NCBI GenBank assembly: GCA_040954595.2
Contig: CM082577.2
Coordinates: forward strand, 18,760,303-18,824,302
Reading direction: 5' to 3'
Source: Balanoglossus misakiensis
Taxonomy: Eukaryota; Animalia; Hemichordata
Length of the DNA stretch: 64,000 nucleotides
Within the stretch, counting starts at the first letter, position 1, and each line of letters starts with the position of its first letter. Made by a program: the position numbers and the translations under genes. This document shows positions 61,401 through 64,000 of this stretch, piece by piece. The notes below the pieces were generated by a model, which saw only the letters and a list, made by a program, of their open reading frames with translations, did no database searches and was not told the origin of the DNA.

Positions 61401-64000
61401 CCAAGAAGCTTCTTACTTCTGTGACTGTCTCAGGAATCGGCCAGTCTCTAATAGCCTTGACCTTTCCTGAATCAGTAGCAACCCCTTCCCGAGAAACACG
61501 ATGCCCCAAAAACTCAACACTGCGTGCAAAAAGCACACACTAACTCGGCTTTAATTTGAGATTTGAATTACGAAGACGTTCAAATACCTTGCACAACCTT
61601 TCCAACTCTTCATCAAATGATCTGCCAAATATTATGATGTCATCTAGATACAAAAGCAGTATTTCCCACTGCATACCGGTAAAGACGCGCTCCATCAGAC
61701 GTTCAAACGTACTAGGGGCATTACACAACCCAAACAGGAGCACCCTCCACTGATAGAGTCCACTCCGCGTGACAAATGCGGTCTTTTCTTTAGATCCCTC
61801 GTCCAGTTCTACCTGCCAATACCCTGCTTGGAGGTCTAGCGTAAAAAACCATTCCGACCCGTACAACGCATCTAAAGAATCGTTTATTCGTGGTATAGGG
61901 TAGGCAGCTTTAATTGACACAGCGTTCAATTTTCTATAATCAACGCACAATCTTTGTGACCCATCTTTCTTACTAACAAGTACACACGGGGCTGCCCATG
62001 GACTAGTTGATTCTTCTATCAAACCCCGCTGTAACAAGTCAGAAACCTGTCGTTCTATTTCTTCCCGTTTCCATACCGGAGTTCGATATGCGGGTTGCCT
62101 TACTGGCGTGGCATTATTGGTTTCAATTGTATGTCGAATGATCCCAGTTTTACCAATATCATGATCTCCCTGACTAAACACATCATGGTACAGTGTCAAC
62201 ATCTTTGAAACCCTTTCTTGTTGGTAAACTGATCAATTTTTGCAACTTCTTGTGTATAAATCCACTACATGACCTGGAAGAGGAACATTGCTCCCAGGGC
62301 AGGCTTTTGCCTTTTCAGTGCCAGAGGGCGCTCTATCACTGTCATTACCCCAAGATTCAACTGCACACTGATCGGTTCGGAGTAATCTCACAACAGTACC
62401 AGCCCTCACATGTACAGGTTCAACACTAGCATTGAGAACTCTAACTGGTAAATGGGTAGATCTCGTGGTCACTAAAGCTTTACATGTCATAATGCCTTGC
62501 TCCAGCAATTTACCCCCTTGTACTGGTAACACAACCGCTGTAAGACAAGTATCCGGGGAAGACTTATCTGTTCTCCCCACCCAGGTTGAATGAATTCTCA
62601 TTCCCTGTGCACACCCACTTCCAACCTTTGCTGGTCCCGCAAACCAAGGTTCACTGGCGATGGGAGTCCTACACATTTTAGCCGGAATAATCATTTCATG
62701 TCCAGGGGGAACAAAAACATCTCCCGCTACCTTTACACGACAAATGAACGGTTTCATTGTACCAGTGTTACTACATTTCAACCGTTCCCCTTTAATGACT
62801 AGCTCCCCTGTCCCTGTATCAATAATACACCCAATTGAATGTAGAAAGCTCATACCAATAATGCCATCAGAGCATAGTTCAGCTACTAATACCGGAGAGA
62901 TAGCCCTAGCCCCACCCAAGCAGATATCTAGGTTAACAACTCCACTAACCATAAGTGGTGTACCATCAGCTTGGTTCACCTTTACATTTATTGGTTGCAA
63001 TGCACCGTGAACTCCCACTGAAATTTTCCTATACATTTCTTCGGATATCACCATATCAGTTGCTCCCGTATCAACCAGAAAATTCCCCGATACACCACCG
63101 GCAGAGGCCTGTATGTACATACTTCTGACACTTGTATTGTTATTAGCCGGTTGAATTTCCCTAATATTTCCAGTAGTCTGCACACACTGATCAACTGCCT
63201 CCCCTTTGGGTCCATACTGGTTGGCTGAGGGTTGACCCGACTTCCGCTCAGCCCCTAATCGTTTCCCGAAACCTTGGGTCGGGTGGGACAGTCCCGCTTC
63301 AGATGCCCTGATTCATTACAGTGCCAACACAAACGGCCACCAGAGGGCGCACCACTCTGAGCTTGTCCAGATGGGTTTTTTATACTAGTGTTGACAACAC
63401 GGGCCTTAACCTTTTGGTCAAGTTCAGCTAATTTGTCGGTGATCAAATCAACTTTGTTTGCTATCACCCCTATCACTGACTCCAGAGTCTGAGCCATTTT
63501 TGCGTCACCCGCTTCAATACCTCTCACTTGTTTACCCAACCCTTTATTGGTTTCAGGGCCACGGCTTTTCTCTAATAACTGAAAATTCTCTTCCCAAACT
63601 GTAGCCTGTATAACGTCGTCAAGTGTGGCACTGGGGGTCCTACCCGCTTCATTAACACGCCTACGCATAGCAGAATCAGTCAATGAATTGAAAAATGCGT
63701 CTATACCGGTACATAGCCGTTCGAATAGGTGACCTTTGGCATCAGGGTACCCAAGTGTTACCATTTCCCTGATATCCTGTCCAAGCCCACTTAGAGACTC
63801 GCTGGGCTGGAGTACTCTTTGTCTTAATTTTAAACGATAGGTGTCTTCCTGTCCCCCAAAACCAAATCTATGATCTAGTAGTTTGCACAGTTACTGGTAT
63901 GTCAATGACTTTCTGTCAATTGATGTTAACAGCCGCTGGGCTGCCCCATACAACATGGCTTGGAGATACTTCAACTTTTCAACCTCTCTCCATTCATTTA
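58475..64000 (-). mobile_element. Gypsy A copy 4 (B-type, runs off the window within gag)
   Basis: Carries the same lesions as copy 2 at +38,875. Confidence 0.93.

Overview
Repeat-dense eukaryotic DNA, probably from a marine invertebrate (inferred from the repeat families), with no intact host gene. Positions 1-5.2 kb are tandem non-autonomous, Helentron/HINE-like repeats with ~155-bp and ~238-bp sub-repeats. From ~5.2 kb to the end lies a macrosatellite of ~15.4-kb composite units (about 3.4 copies) that alternate A/B/A/B, giving a 30,800-bp dimer. Each unit is a frozen nest of elements: a decayed Ty3/Gypsy element (family A, minus strand); the 5' part of a DIRS1-like element whose ORF1 is intact in 2 of 3 copies; two pseudogenic two-exon fragments of the NMD kinase gene SMG1; two piggyBac 5' ends; and a non-autonomous Kolobok-like element carrying a 20-bp P-element-type palindrome. 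Unit 2 alone contains a young, apparently intact 8,071-bp Gypsy element (family B, 33791-41861). It has 642-bp LTRs with one visible mismatch, a GGTT target-site duplication, a tRNA-Ser primer-binding site, an RRM+PNMA-like Gag and a -1 frameshifted Pol. Both unrelated Gypsy Pol proteins carry a PAM2-like (PABP-binding) motif, which is the most intriguing lead. All calls come from reading the sequence by eye; no searches were run.
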